Below are positions 20,034 through 29,921 of a DNA stretch of 64,000 nucleotides, one piece after another. Where the stretch lies: positions 6,492-70,491 of the forward strand of contig CAWJXX010000009.1 of NCBI GenBank assembly GCA_963846945.1. Reading direction: 5' to 3'. Numbering within the stretch: the stretch's first letter is position 1; every line of letters begins with the position of its first letter. Source of the stretch: an uncultured Gemmatimonadales bacterium (GTDB taxonomy: Bacteria > Gemmatimonadota > Gemmatimonadetes > Gemmatimonadales > GWC2-71-9). Made by a program: the position numbers and the translations under genes. The notes under the pieces are model-generated. The model searched no databases, was not told where the DNA came from, and saw nothing but the letters and a program-made list of their open reading frames with translations.

Positions 20034-21384
20034 ACAACCTCCTGATAAGAGCCCCGTCAGGCCGCCGCGCTCAGAGTGTTCCTGCAGCCAGGTTTCGCCG
20101 CGAAAGTGCGCGTACTGATCGGCTCGCAATCGATCCGCCAGCCGATCAGGCGGAAGCTGCACATCCTCGTACAGTCAGGACCTGATCCCTTGGCACGTCA
20201 CGAAGCAGCCGGCACCCTTCCACAAGCCCCTCAGGCAGGTAGCGTCGCTGGCTCATTTCGTCGGCGCTGACGGCCTCCCCATATGTCATGAACATGCCAA
20301 AATCATCCAGCACATCACCGCGCTTGAGGTCACGTTTTGCCACCGCGCAGACTTCGACGACCGGTCCAGCCAAGCGGCTTGGCGACCGAATCACGAAACA
20401 GGACGGCACGTGCGATCGCGCTCGGTACTTCGAAGTGGACAAGGTGATATGGGACAAAGAAGGAGTACAGGGGGCCGTCGCCCATCTTGTAGAGATTGAG
20501 ATAGTGCTGCTGCTTCGGATCGGGATGCTCAGCCAGGCAATAAACCTTGGTGAGCGGAGTGCCTACCACGTAGTCGACGACTCCGCCCAGCGAACGCACC
20601 TGATCGATGTCATAGAGTTGCCCGATCCTCAGACGTCGTCGCGATATTCCCGTCCGCGCGACATGCCTCGCGCGAGCGTCGTGAAGCCGGTCGCATTCGC
20701 TACCACCGCCTGCTCGAAGCTGATCTTGGAACCGTCGGCAAAGCTCGTCACCATTGCAGGATTCTGGCCCCACTTCTCCGCGAACGCCTTCTGCGTCTCC
20801 GGCGTGCGATAGGGATCCTGCAATCCCTTGATATTGCCCATGACACGTGGAGTCAGGCCCAGCCCCTTCACCCAGCGGTACAGGTTCATCTGGACACCAG
20901 GCTCATCGCCATCGCAGGCTGACAGGATGACGCCCGCCTTTGCAGCATGGACCTGCAGGATTGGTCCGATCGTGGCATCAACCTCGGCATTCAAGAGCAC
21001 GACATCCTTTCCGTGCTCGAACGCCTCCATCAGCACACGCGCTCCAAATTCCACCGACCCAGTTGCATCCACAAGAACGTCAACATAATCGGACCTGGCC
21101 AGCAGGAATGCGTCCTCCGTCACGACCGGCCGACCAGCCTGGATCGCGGCGTCGCAGCGCGCCTGGGTCTCAGCGACTTCGGCCGTGTCGGCGCCGGCGT
21201 ACCGGAAGACCGCCAGCGCGCGCTCCGCGCGACGGTTGAATATGGCGACCACACGCATCCCGGGCACACTATGCGCGATCATGTTCGTGAGTCCCTGCGC
21301 CATGAAACCGGCGCCGAGAATACCCACCCGGATGGGAAGGCCTTGCTCCTCTCGCGCTCGGAGGGCGTTATCGACGAGGATCAT
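20034..21384 (-). CDS. Rossmann-fold oxidoreductase with C-terminal SAF-like domain (homoserine-dehydrogenase-like; frame changes as assembled)
   Basis: ATG 21384 overlaps the rfbC stop (ATGA). IRVGILGAGFMAQGLTNM lies in ORF 20629-21489. Collinear fragments are 20330-20773 and 20146-20457 (AKRDLKRGDVLDDFG). The 3' end is approximate. Confidence 0.6.
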
Positions 21385-21956
21385 GAGTTGACCGCCGCGG
21401 TCATTCGCTTTCGAACAGCAGGCTCGATACTCGAAAGTGGCTGGAACGCCAGATCCTTGTCGGAAATGATGGTGACTGGTCGAGGCCACGCAAGCGCCAA
21501 TCGCAAATCATTGTACAAGAGCCCACCCTCCGACTCGGGCGTGTAGTACTCTCCCACCTGATAGCTCGTCTCGGTGTCGTCGACGAGCGTCTGGTACCCA
21601 TGAGCAAATCGTTCAGGAACGTAGAGGGCCCGGAAGTTGTCCTCGGAGAGCTCGACCGACACACTCTGCAGATAAGTCACGCTTTCCGGGCGCAGGTCGA
21701 CGATGATGTCTACGATCGCGCCACGCGTGCACCGCACAAGCTTGGTTTCCGCGAACGGGGGATACTGGTAGTGCATCCCGCGCACCGTGCCAGCTGTTCT
21801 GCTGAGCGCAACGTTGCTCTGGGCGATGACGGTCTTGAGCCCATATTTGGCGAATTCGTGCTGACAAAAGGTGCGCGCAAAGAAGCCGCGCGAATCTTCC
21901 CGCTTCTCCATGTCAATGATGAAGGCGCCCTTGAGTCGCGTCTCCGTAAAAAGCAT
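21381..21956 (-). CDS. rfbC: NDP-4-dehydro-6-deoxyhexose 3,5-epimerase (RmlC family)
   Basis: Lies inside ORF 21381-22103, starting at MLFTETRLKGAFII. The RmlC cupin motifs are DSRGFFARTF, VRGMHYQ, KLVRCTRGAIVDIIVDLR and FAHGYQTL. Confidence 0.85.
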   Translation of the reverse strand: MLFTETRLKGAFIIDMEKREDSRGFFARTFCQHEFAKYGLKTVIAQSNVALSRTAGTVRGMHYQYPPFAETKLVRCTRGAIVDIIVDLRPESVTYLQSVSVELSEDNFRALYVPERFAHGYQTLVDDTETSYQVGEYYTPESEGGLLYNDLRLALAWPRPVTIISDKDLAFQPLSSIEPAVRKRMTAAVNS

Positions 21957-22298
21957 CAGGACCTTGTTGGTTGAATTGAGCGGCGAACCCCAATGGGCCA
22001 TCAGAGCAAGCTCAGTGCCCGCGAAATGAGTGCGGGCTCCGGCTGCCATGGCGGGCCGCCGCGGGACAACGTGACATGACGCCAATCCCTGCACTAGGAG
22101 CACGACAAGTGTTGCGCTGACGCCACATCAGCCTCGTAGCCGACGGCCTTCAGTTCCGGATGCCTCCTGTCCAAGGTCCGAACCAGCACCGGCCGTATGC
22201 CGACGGAACGGCCTAACCTCGTCGTTGACAGCAATTTGCCACGCGGCAATGGCATCGATCATGCTCGGTCGTGTTACTCCACTTGACCGGGAATCCTG

Positions 22299-23492
22299 GT
22301 GAATCATTCGGATGTCGTGGTTGTCGGCGGAGGCGCCGTAGGGCTCGCAACCGCATTGAACCTCGCGGAGAGCCACCGGTGCGGCGTCACTGTGTTGGAG
22401 GCAGAAACGCGGGTTGCAGCCCACCAGACAGGCCACAACAGCGGCGTCATCCACTCGGGTCTCTACTACAAGCCCGGGAGCATGAAGGCGCAGCTGTGCC
22501 GTGAGGGCATGCTCGAGATGTATCGCTTTTGCGAGGAGGAAGGCGTCCCGCACCGGCGAACAGGTAAAGTTGTGGTGGCGGTGCATGAGCGCGAGCACGC
22601 ACGACTGGACGAACTCGCCCGCCGTGGTCTCGCAAACGGTGTCCGGGTGCGCCCTGTCGACCTCGTCGAACTGGCAGAACTGGAACCCAATGTCCGTGCA
22701 ACCGCCGCTCTTTGGGTCGACGACACGGGCGTTGTTGACTATGCGCGCGTAGCACAGGCCATGTCGAATCGCCTGCAGCGCCTCGGTGGTCAGGTCCTTA
22801 CTGGAATGCGAGTGGACGGTGTGGACCATGACGGGGACAAATTCGTGGTGCGTGCGGGATCGCGGGAAGTCCGCGCCACGCGCCTGGTGAATTGTGCAGG
22901 ACTGCATTCCGACCGGGTGGCACGCATGTGCGGCGTCGATCCCGGTGTGCGTATTGTTCCGTTTCGGGGCGAGTATTATGTGCTGCGCAGCGAGAGCGCG
23001 CATCTCGTGAGGGGCCTTATCTACCCGGTGCCAGATCCGGCGCTTCCATTCCTCGGTGTTCACTTCACGCGCGGAATCGATGATGTGGTGGAGGCTGGCC
23101 CCAACGCAGTCCTTGCGCTGCAACGTGAAGGGTATTCCTGGGCGGCGATTTCGGCGCGCGACATCGCGGACTGGGCGATGTTCCCCGGGTTTTGGCGCAT
23201 GGCGGGCGCCCATTGGCGAGTAGGCCTCGGCGAGGTGCGGCGATCACTCAGCCGGCCCCTGTTTCTCAAGTCGCTGCAGACCTTGGTGCCGGGCCTTGCG
23301 GACGCCGACATTGCCCCGGGACCAGCGGGGGTGCGCGCCCAGGCGATTGACCGTCAGGGCAAGCTGGTGGACGACTTCCGAATACGCGTGAACGGCCGCA
23401 GCATCCACGTCTTGAACGCACCATCCCCTGCGGCGACCGCATCGCTTGCCATCGGTCGACGGGTGGCAGCACAGTTAATGGAAATCGCGTGA
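22299..23492 (+). CDS. lhgO: L-2-hydroxyglutarate oxidase-like FAD-dependent oxidoreductase
   Basis: Intact 397-aa ORF with the FAD motif DVVVVGGGAVGLA and the signature GHNSGVIHSGLYYKPGS. Confidence 0.75.
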   Translation: MNHSDVVVVGGGAVGLATALNLAESHRCGVTVLEAETRVAAHQTGHNSGVIHSGLYYKPGSMKAQLCREGMLEMYRFCEEEGVPHRRTGKVVVAVHEREHARLDELARRGLANGVRVRPVDLVELAELEPNVRATAALWVDDTGVVDYARVAQAMSNRLQRLGGQVLTGMRVDGVDHDGDKFVVRAGSREVRATRLVNCAGLHSDRVARMCGVDPGVRIVPFRGEYYVLRSESAHLVRGLIYPVPDPALPFLGVHFTRGIDDVVEAGPNAVLALQREGYSWAAISARDIADWAMFPGFWRMAGAHWRVGLGEVRRSLSRPLFLKSLQTLVPGLADADIAPGPAGVRAQAIDRQGKLVDDFRIRVNGRSIHVLNAPSPAATASLAIGRRVAAQLMEIA

Positions 23493-23517
23493 CGTACAAG
23501 AAGGCGGCACGAAGCGT

Positions 23518-24396
23518 ATGACGCCACAGGCCGAGCCACTCGTCAGCATTCTCACGCCCGTCTACAACGGCGCGAAATTCCTCCGTGAGTGCATCGAAAG
23601 TGTTCAGGCCCAGACCTACGGGAACTGGCAGTACACTATCCTGAACAACTGCAGCACTGATGAATCACTCGAGATTGCGCAGGAGTACGCGGCGAGCGAC
23701 TCGCGCATCAAGGTCTACAGCAACCAGGAATTTGCCGGCGCGCTGCGCAATCACAATCTTGCGCTCCGTCGGATGTCGCCCGAAAGTAAGTATTGCAAGT
23801 TTGTCTTTGCAGATGACTGGATCTTTCCGGAATGCATACGGCGGATGGTGGAAGTTGCCGAGGCGCATGAGCAAGTGGGCATCGTGGGTGCCTATCGTCT
23901 TGTCGGCACCCAACTGCAGCTGGACGGCCTCCCCTATACGGTGACCACCGTTGCTGGGCGTGACATTGGCCGCGCGAGACTGCTTGGTGGACCCTACCTG
24001 TTTGGCAGCGCGTCGTCGCTGCTTTTCCGCAGTGAACTGGTCAGGCATCGCGAGCAGTTGTTCAACGAGGCAAACCTGCATGCTGATGCTGAGGCATGTT
24101 TCGACCTTCTTCGCGAGTGCGATTTTGGATTTGTTCATCAGGTGCTGACATACACGAGGCCGCAGGAAAAGGAGAGTGTCAGTACCTTCTCCAATAAATA
24201 CCATACGTACATCGCTGGCGACCTTCATGACCTGGTGCACTACGGGCCGACATACCTGAGCGAGATGAGTTTGAGCATGTGCCTCATCAGGCCTGGACCG
24301 CTACTACGATTTTCTGGCGTCGAGTGCATTCGCCGCGCGGACCGTACCTTCTGGACTATCACAGCAGAAGTCTTGCTGGCAATGGATATCCGCTGA
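23518..24396 (+). CDS. Glycosyltransferase family 2
   Basis: 292-aa ORF with VSILTPVYNGAKFLRECIESVQAQTY...ILNNCSTDES. The C-terminus may continue by a frame change into ORF 24279-24539. Confidence 0.85.
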   Translation: MTPQAEPLVSILTPVYNGAKFLRECIESVQAQTYGNWQYTILNNCSTDESLEIAQEYAASDSRIKVYSNQEFAGALRNHNLALRRMSPESKYCKFVFADDWIFPECIRRMVEVAEAHEQVGIVGAYRLVGTQLQLDGLPYTVTTVAGRDIGRARLLGGPYLFGSASSLLFRSELVRHREQLFNEANLHADAEACFDLLRECDFGFVHQVLTYTRPQEKESVSTFSNKYHTYIAGDLHDLVHYGPTYLSEMSLSMCLIRPGPLLRFSGVECIRRADRTFWTITAEVLLAMDIR

Positions 24397-24686
24397 AGAA
24401 GAACCGGCTCCTCCGTGCCATAGCAGCCCAGGTGGCGGACATGGCGCTGAACCCAAAGCGATCACTTGAGATGTTATTTCGAGCGGCTTCAAGGCGCCTG
24501 GGCTCGCCCGATGGGAAGCATCCGTCGGGACAGAGCTAAAATGCTGCGACAACGAAGACGCGACATGTTGTGATCGGGCAACAAGTGCCGTGCCGGGCGA
24601 TGGTAGTGTCAAATGCAGCTGGCTGACACAAAAGAACTTACTGCGAGAAACATCGGGTTAACGAGGGACCAAAGGTTGCCCTGACG

Positions 24687-25660
24687 ATGCTGCCGCCAAT
24701 GCAACCACCGCTTCCCGGTACCGCGACTCCGTCAGCCAGACGTGAAGCTATTCCGGAGGTCTCAGTCGTCATTCCCGCATACAATGCGGCTCGGCACCTG
24801 GGCAGCGCCATCGAGAGTGTCCTCGCGCAAACATTTGAGGACCTGGAACTCCTGGTCGTTGACGACGGCTCCACAGACAGCACGCCGGAGGTGGTCGCCA
24901 AGTTCGCGGACGACTCACGCGTTCGCTACTTGCGGCAGCCCAATCAAGGACCAAGTGCTGCACGCAACCGCGGGATCTCGTCAGCTCGGGGACGCTGGAT
25001 CGCCTTCTTGGATTCAGATGATCGCTGGACCCCGGACAAGGTCGGACGCCAACTCAACATTGCCTCCCGGAACCAGGATGCCGGGCTCGTGTACTCTGCG
25101 GCTCTACAGGAGACTGAGGATGGTATCGGGTCGGCGTCCTGCTGCCTCAACTAACCGGGCACTGCCTGCCGCAACTCCTCCTGGGCAACAAGATTACCGG
25201 AAGTGCCTCGTCTGCCATGGTGCGGCGCGATGCGCTCGAAAAGGCGGGGCTTTTCAACCCCGAATTGCTGTATGCGGAGGACTGGGATGTATGGCTTCGC
25301 GTCGCGGCTACGTATCCACTCGCGTTCGACCCGGAACCAACAGTGATTCTCACGAGCCGAGAAGGCAGTCACGGAAGCGGAGCCGACCGAGTGCTTGCCT
25401 CGCACCTCCGTGTGCTGGATCGAGCTCTTGTTAGCTTCGCCGCGCATCTTCCAGAGGTTGCGCAGGCAGCGAGGGCAGAGGCGTACTACATCGCAGCCCT
25501 CACCCATGGAGGCGAGGGCACGTTGTTAGGGGAGTTGCGTTGCCTGGCCGCTGCCGCAGGCATCGCGCCTACCTCTGCCCGCTATCGGCACCGGCTACTG
25601 CGCTGCCTGATCGCATTGCCAGTGCGAAAACTGAGGAGTCTACTTTTGCGCATGCCGTGA
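24687..25660 (+). CDS. Glycosyltransferase family 2 (one frame change near 25150-25215)
   Basis: ORF 24687-25154 has VSVVIPAYNAARHL...LLVVDDGSTD...FLDSDDRW. ORF 25217-25660 continues with AEDWDVWLRVA. Confidence 0.8.
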
Positions 25661-25767
25661 GCTTCGGAAGCCTGTGCCGCCGCAGGGCGCCAAGTCCCGG
25701 CGGGCGCCGCAACGCAACGAAACCAATTCTCGCCGACTGACGCTCCGAATTGAGCGTGACGTCTCCC

Positions 25768-26961
25768 TTACCGCATCGCTTCGGAGAGCGGCCCGGAGGG
25801 TCGTTGGGACGTCCCCCTGTTGGGATCTCCGACCTTCCTTCCGGAATTCGGCTGTGTCACCACGTTGATCAACGCATTGCACGCTGCACGCCCCACCCTA
25901 TCCGCCCCCTCAGCAGTGAAGTGTGAGAAATCAGCAAAATACGGAGCTCGCGCGACTGGAAACTCTGCGGGAAGATCAACAACGATCGCGCCCGAATCTG
26001 AACCGACACGAAGGGTCGTTTCACGTGCCAAGCTATCAAAGGCCACAATCATTTCCCCGGTTGCGCGAGGATAAAACTTTTCCCATGCGGTGAGCATGTG
26101 TGCGTCACGAGGCAGGTTCGGCGAGAAGCGATTGACGTGCACCATAAGAACGGGCGTCATCCCCGAGGATCGTGCGGTCCCGATGAACTCACGCAGATCG
26201 TGGTCCAGTGCCTCCAATCTGTCTTTCGGTAACTCAACGAAGCGCCAGTCGCTGCCATGCGCCTTCAGGGACTGCTCGATTTCGCGCCTCCGCAGCCAGG
26301 TTGCCAAGAACGGCGGGATCATGGCCTTGAGCTCGTCATGGATTCGTTCCACACCGCGCGGCTGGAGCCAGGACCACTCGCTCACCGTTGTGCGCGAAAA
26401 GGAACTGTCGGGTTTGGCGGCTCTTGGCCGCTCTTCCTCAAGATATTGAGGCGGACTCGGATACAGGAGCGCGATGCTCGGACCGAACCGGCGCAGGCGA
26501 AGTGCGAGATCTTGGAGGCCCGTAGGAATCGTGAAACCGGGAAGGCCCGCATTCAGAACTTGCACCCGCTTCGTGGCGGAAGCGCTGACGTGCTGAAGGC
26601 GGTTGTTCAAACAGGCTTCCAGTCGACGTGGGAATTCCATGCCCTCGGGCTCATAGAGCCCGAAAGTCTCCGAAGCGCCAAGCGTCACTAGCCGTGTCGT
26701 CGACGCGTCGGCGACGGGAGAAACATTGGGTCCTCTCATTCCCAGGTTGTTCAAAACAAACTGGCGAAAGCGCGCCCCGGGTCGTCCGTGCAGACCATCT
26801 GCATCGCGTACAAGCATATCTGCTCGCGAAGAGAAGATCGGGGTTCCAAACCGGATTGCGTCATCGGCGCGAGTCATACCCTCAAATGCTGTCATTCCGC
26901 ACGCGATTGCCGCGAGCGACCACAGTGCGATAGTGGCGGGTCGAACTGGAACCTTGGTCAT
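25768..26961 (-). CDS. SGNH-like hydrolase/esterase with N-terminal membrane anchor
   Basis: Lies in track ORF 25768-27048; the start is likely MTKVPV (26961). It has block I LVTLGASETFG, block III VLNAGLPG and block V FADFSHFT. Confidence 0.6.
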   Translation of the reverse strand: MTKVPVRPATIALWSLAAIACGMTAFEGMTRADDAIRFGTPIFSSRADMLVRDADGLHGRPGARFRQFVLNNLGMRGPNVSPVADASTTRLVTLGASETFGLYEPEGMEFPRRLEACLNNRLQHVSASATKRVQVLNAGLPGFTIPTGLQDLALRLRRFGPSIALLYPSPPQYLEEERPRAAKPDSSFSRTTVSEWSWLQPRGVERIHDELKAMIPPFLATWLRRREIEQSLKAHGSDWRFVELPKDRLEALDHDLREFIGTARSSGMTPVLMVHVNRFSPNLPRDAHMLTAWEKFYPRATGEMIVAFDSLARETTLRVGSDSGAIVVDLPAEFPVARAPYFADFSHFTAEGADRVGRAACNALINVVTQPNSGRKVGDPNRGTSQRPSGPLSEAMR

Positions 26962-27595
26962 GTCCTCATTGGTGCGACTTGAATTTGACACGTTCAGTAG
27001 TGCCCTCCCGGTCCAAAGCCCTGCTGGCTGCGAGGGCAGACTCTCCATGCATCAATCGGTCCGGCCTGCCCCGTGCGTCGCTATTGCGGCACTGCGGGCA
27101 GGTCCAGCGTCCGCCCAACCGAGCAAACCGCTGTCTTCGGACCACGTGGCTCCGTACAAGAATGTTGCATTGATGCAACGATCTGCACCTGATGTGAATC
27201 AACACCCCCGACGGGCCAGCCCGTCGGCGAAAGCCGTGAACCCCCTGGACCATCCACTCGTTCATCCCCGAACCTGCGCCGGGAAGTGCGATTTGGGGGA
27301 CCTCTAGACCATGCAAAGAAGACGGGTGTTCGCCCGACCGAGTTCGAGGCAAAAACGCGCGTGAAGTACTCCGCGAATCGCGGTGCGAAGAGCCGCGCCG
27401 ATGGCTCCATTAGTCTGGCCGCGGTCCGCATTTGTTGGCGAGCATGGGTGAGTCAACTGGCGCGCGAGCCTTGAAGGGGCCATCCCAACTCGGCAGGAGA
27501 ATTGCTTCCCTCAAGCGTGGTGCGAGCGAGCGGCCGAAATCACCAAGCCGGACGCAACCTCCAAGTCGTTCACTGGCAGTTCTTTATCTAAAGAA

Positions 27596-28809
27596 ATGAC
27601 TGGCATTGCTTCTATGGGCATTCGGCGACTCCATGCAGCAGCAACGAAGCGCGATCGGGTCGTCTGCACCATGGGACGTTTGGCCCATGAGTTCATGACA
27701 GTGCTCAGCCTGCTCGGCTTTGTCTCCGCCTCCCTTCTTGGTGTGACCTGGCTCGGATACCCGCTTTTCGCACATGCCATGGCGCGCCTTGCCCGTCGCG
27801 GCTCGACACCCTTCCGACCATTCACCCCGAAGGTATCGGTTCTAGTCGCGACTACAGACGAGCCGCGCCGTCTACGCGAAAATTGCTTCGATCCTCGCCT
27901 CCGACTACCCCAGCGAGCAACTCGAGTAATAGTAGTGGTTTTCGATCTGTCTCACCATCGGCAAATCCCAGCTCTTCGGCATGCAAGTGATCCCCGCGTC
28001 GTGATCGTTCCGGCGATGCGCCCGGCGGTAAGGCGGCTGCCCTCAACGCAGCGACGCGTCGTGCAACCGGTGATGTGCTGGTCTTCACGGACACTCGGCA
28101 GGCGCTAGCGCGCGACGCTATCCCGGAGATCGTGCTCCCACTGCTCGACCCGTCGGTGGGCGCCGTCTCGGGTGCGCTCACCCTTGATTCCGAGTACCGT
28201 ACCTCACCCATCAGCTGGTACTGGAAACTTGAACTTGGTCTTCGTCAGGCAGAGGCACGCTGGCACTCCACCGTGGGGGTTAGCGGATCTCTCTATGCGA
28301 TGCGCAGGGCGCTCTGGGCACCACTACCTGCCGGACTCATTCTCGATGATCTCTACACGCCCATGCGGTTGGTACTCGACGGCCGGCGTGTCATTTTCTG
28401 CCCCGAGGCCGTTGTCCTGGAAACGCGGCAGACCACTCCCAAGCTCGAGTATCAGCGCAAGGTCAGGACGCTCGCCGGCAACGTGCAACTCTGTATGTGG
28501 CTTCCTGCAGTCCTTCGCCCCGATCTCAACCCGATCTGGTTTCAGTTCGTGTTCCACAAGCTCATGCGGCTTGCGACTCCGGTATTGGCGGCGGTAACCG
28601 GCATCTGGCTAGGAGCGCTGGCTTGGAGATACGTGGGAGTCAACCTCACATTTGCGATCTTTGTCCTGACGTTGGCACTGGCTGCGATTGCACTGCTTCC
28701 GGCGCTTCGTGTGCTTCGGCAGGCGTTCGTCTGGGGAGCATATATGATGTCGGCCGCAAGCATCGGCGTGTTACTTGGGGTACGAAGGCAGTGGGACGTT
28801 TGGCGCTGA
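27596..28809 (+). CDS. Membrane glycosyltransferase family 2 (at least 3 frame disruptions, including TAATAG at 27927-27932)
   Basis: ORF 27596-28108 has TM helices, then KVSVLVAT. An alternate frame reads IASILASDYPSEQLE, then TAATAG. ORF 28075-28809 has GDVLVFTDTRQ...SVGAVSG and C-terminal TM helices. Confidence 0.7.
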
Positions 28810-28939
28810 GGCAGCCCCGGATCAGCGGTTCTCCTCGTGCCTCTCCTTCAGCACCGCGCCAGTGAACTTCACTCCGCCGGATGGAATCGCTTCAATAGGT
28901 GCCCCCCTTGCGGGCGGTTTGTTCGTTGGAATGGCTTGC

Positions 28940-29921
28940 GCTCAGCGATAGCCGAGGTAGTTGAAGGAGTTGTAGTACATCTGGTTGAACTGTTTGGTGC
29001 CCTGGGGATAGGCGCCATCAATGCCGGCCTGGAACAGGGTCTCGCCCCGGGTCCGATAGGTGGCATCCCCGGTCTGGCGATAGATCCAGCCCCACTGGGC
29101 GGGGAAGAACATGGTCAGGTCGGGCGAGGGACTCGGGTCGCCGCCGGTGTCCGGATCGCTGCAGGTCCCACTCAGGTACTTGAAGCTCCCCGGACTCCCC
29201 GCCAGCCACTGGGTGGCCCACTGCCAGTCGATGGCCTTCTTCACTGTCTGGACGATCCGCGGATCCGCCTGGAACGAGGTGTAGACCTTGATCAACGCGT
29301 CGTTCTGCAGCGCCAGCATGTAGTTCTTCGTGTAGTTACAGGCGTTCGGCCAGTGGTAGGAGCCGTCCGGCTGCTGCAGCCCGATGGCCGCATTGACGTA
29401 GCCCCGCAGCATCGTGGCCCAGTCCTGCGACGTGTCCTCGAGTTCCCAGGCCAGCAGGGCGCCCAGCGTGAGGCGCTGCATGATCCGCCCCTCGTTGTAC
29501 TGGAACGTCGGATCCGCCATGGAGGCCGGGGGAAAGCCGCCCTGCCGCCCCATGAAGCCCGGCACCGCCACCCGGGAGCGCTCATCCCCCGTCAGCCAGT
29601 AGTGCAGCGCCACCCCCTCCATCTGCGCCTGGTGCGGCGGGGCGCCATAGTTATTCGGCTCCAGATAGTTCGTGCGATAGTCCACCGCGAAGCGGGTCGC
29701 CCGATCCCAGTACTTCGGGTCGCCCGTCCGGACCCAGTACGCATAGTGGTTCATCGCCCGGTCGTAGTAGTCCATCATGGACCAGTCCGCCCCGTACGTC
29801 GCCCACTGCGCATCGGAATACTGGACGAACAAGCTCTCATACTGCGGGAACGCCGAGCCGGCGGCCACAGTGGTCGGCCCCACCAGCTGCGTCGACACCA
29901 GGTAACTGGCCGACGTCGGCA
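28940..29921 (-). repeat. 982-bp block near-identical to 33191-34170 (3' coding ends of paralogs A and B)
   Basis: Direct base-by-base comparison at offset 4251: no difference noticed by eye from 28940 to ~29588. After that there are only a few substitutions and two 1-nt gaps up to 29921. Identity starts 2 nt outside the stop codon. Confidence 0.9.

Noticed and set aside
22128-23213. 361-aa minus-strand ORF
   Set aside because: It is antisense to the lhgO-like gene, which has clear FAD-binding and family signatures.
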